Source: Anaeramoeba ignava BMAN (lineage: Eukaryota > Protista > Anaeramoebae). From it: a stretch of 64,000 nt of DNA. The DNA lies in assembly GCA_028826165.1 (NCBI GenBank), contig JAPDFW010000114.1, forward strand, positions 372,001-436,000, written 5' to 3'. Under the pieces are notes generated by a model that had not been told where the DNA came from, ran no database searches, and worked only from the letters and a program-made list of their open reading frames with translations. Below are positions 62,549 to 64,000 of this stretch, piece by piece; the stretch's first letter is position 1; every line of letters begins with the position of its first letter. Both the position numbers and the translations under genes were made by a program.

Positions 62549-63545
62549 TTAATTTTCCATTTCTTTTATTCTTTTTGTTGAATATCCAATTCTTTCTCCC
62601 ATTCTAATAAGAGTTTCAAGTAAATGAATTGAATTTTCAAGTACATCTTTTTCAAAAACTATTGTTCCTTTTTGAAATAAATATAATAAAGTTGATCCAC
62701 CAAATTGAAAATAACTAAAAAAGAAAATGTCAAAATTTAATCCAAAATTATTATTAAAATTATTATTAAATTTATTATTAAAATTATTATTGAATTTATT
62801 ATTAAAATTATTATTGAAATCATTAATAAATTTATTATTAGAATCATTAATAAATTTATTATTGAATTTATTAATAAAATTTAATCCAAAATTATTTATA
62901 AAATTAATTATAAAATTAATATTAAAATTATTATTGAAATTAATATTGAAATTAATATTGAAATTATTATTAAAATTATTAATAAAATTTAATCCAAAAT
63001 TATTATTAAAATTTAATCCAAAATTTAATCCAAAATTAATATTGAATTTATTATTATTAAAATTTAATAAATGTTCTTCTCTTTTTTTTACCCATGTTCA
63101 TCTCCTTTTAAAACCTTATCTCCTGGTCCAGTTGTTAATATAATAGATCCAACACAAGTAGCACCAACAGAAACAACTATAACTTTTCCAAATTCTTTTG
63201 TTTCAATTACAGATACTATTCTTATATTTTCTGTATAAATATCAAATTCTTGAGTTACAGAAATTTGAGAAACCTTTTTCATTTTAATTTATATTTATAT
63301 TTATATTTATATTTATATTTAGATTTATATTTATATTTATATTTATATTTATATTTAGATTTAGATTTAGATTTAGATTTATATTTATATTTATATTTAT
63401 ATTTATATTTATATTTATATTTATATTTAAATTTAGATTTAGATTTAGATTTAGATTTATATTTAGAATAAGAAATACTGTAAAATAAGCACCAGGAATT
63501 CTAATCTCTGGTTCAATAATTTCTCCACCAACAGACCAATGAAAT
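62549..63545 (-). CDS. Phosphatidylserine decarboxylase (PSD2-type), 3' part
   Basis: Exons 63545-63479, 63273-63092, 62714-62549. FHW..G, ENIR, VGATCVGSI and GDEHGYFQFGGST (pyruvoyl self-cleavage motif). The 5' part lies beyond the window. Confidence 0.92.
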
Positions 63546-64000
63546 CTAAAAATATTTTTTGAAATTAAATATTTTTAATTTAATTGAATATTTTTATTTG
63601 AATTAAATATTTTTAATTGAAATATTTTTAATTGAAATAGTTTTTGAATTAAATATTTTTAATTGAAATAGTTTTTGAATTAAATATTTTTGAATTAAAT
63701 ATTTTTATTTGAATTGAAATATTTTTTTAATTGAAATATTTTTGAATTGAAATATTTTTAGAATTGAAATATTTTTTGAATTAAATATTTTTAATTGAAA
63801 TATTTTGAATTGAAATATTTTTTAATTGAATATTTTTATTTGAATTGAATATTTTTAATTGAAATATTTTTAATTTAATTGAAATAGTTTTTGAATTGAA
63901 ATATTTTTATTTGAATTGAATATTTTTAATTAAAATATTTTTATTTGAAATATTTTTATTTGAAATATTTTTTGAATTATATATTTTGAATTAAATATTT
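62728..64000. repeat. Three different intronic satellites in the PSD gene (12-mer TTATTAAAATTA; 6-mer TTATAT/TTAGAT; ~17-mer GAATTGAAATATTTTTT)
   Basis: Introns 62715-63091, 63274-63478 and 63546 to the window end. Exons lie between them. Confidence 0.85.

Overview
Gene-dense, extremely AT-rich eukaryotic (protist-like) chromosomal segment with no prokaryotic features. I reconstructed 20 protein-coding genes by hand. All spliced introns I traced are GT-AG and read in frame with the standard code. In order: PRELI-like lipid-transfer protein (partial), GPR107/TMEM87-type 7TM protein, Ubl-like/TPR/SGNH protein, probable class I SAM methyltransferase, Lgl/tomosyn WD40 protein, DENN protein, PTC7-type phosphatase, NCS-1-like EF-hand + double PIMT/PCMTD fusion, RRN3, stand-alone Dilute-domain protein, F-box/LRR, TPR protein, CRIB-STE20 kinase with a hydrophobic tail, P5B ATPase, Crinkler-type NTPase+REase, large Cys-rich multi-TM surface protein, Rab1-like GTPase, bacterial-PH-like membrane protein, FG-GAP protein and phosphatidylserine decarboxylase (partial). 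Most other ORFs in the supplied track are artefacts of intronic satellites. Non-coding highlights: long introns each filled with their own 6-17 nt satellite that avoids AG on the sense strand, A-tract 3' splice sites, strand-correct TCA(T)n Inr-like motifs before nearly every start codon, and two strand-polar (GATT)n-bracketed mosaic arrays around the P5 ATPase/Crinkler pair. The overall style would fit a metamonad-like protist such as Anaeramoeba, but that is inference only.
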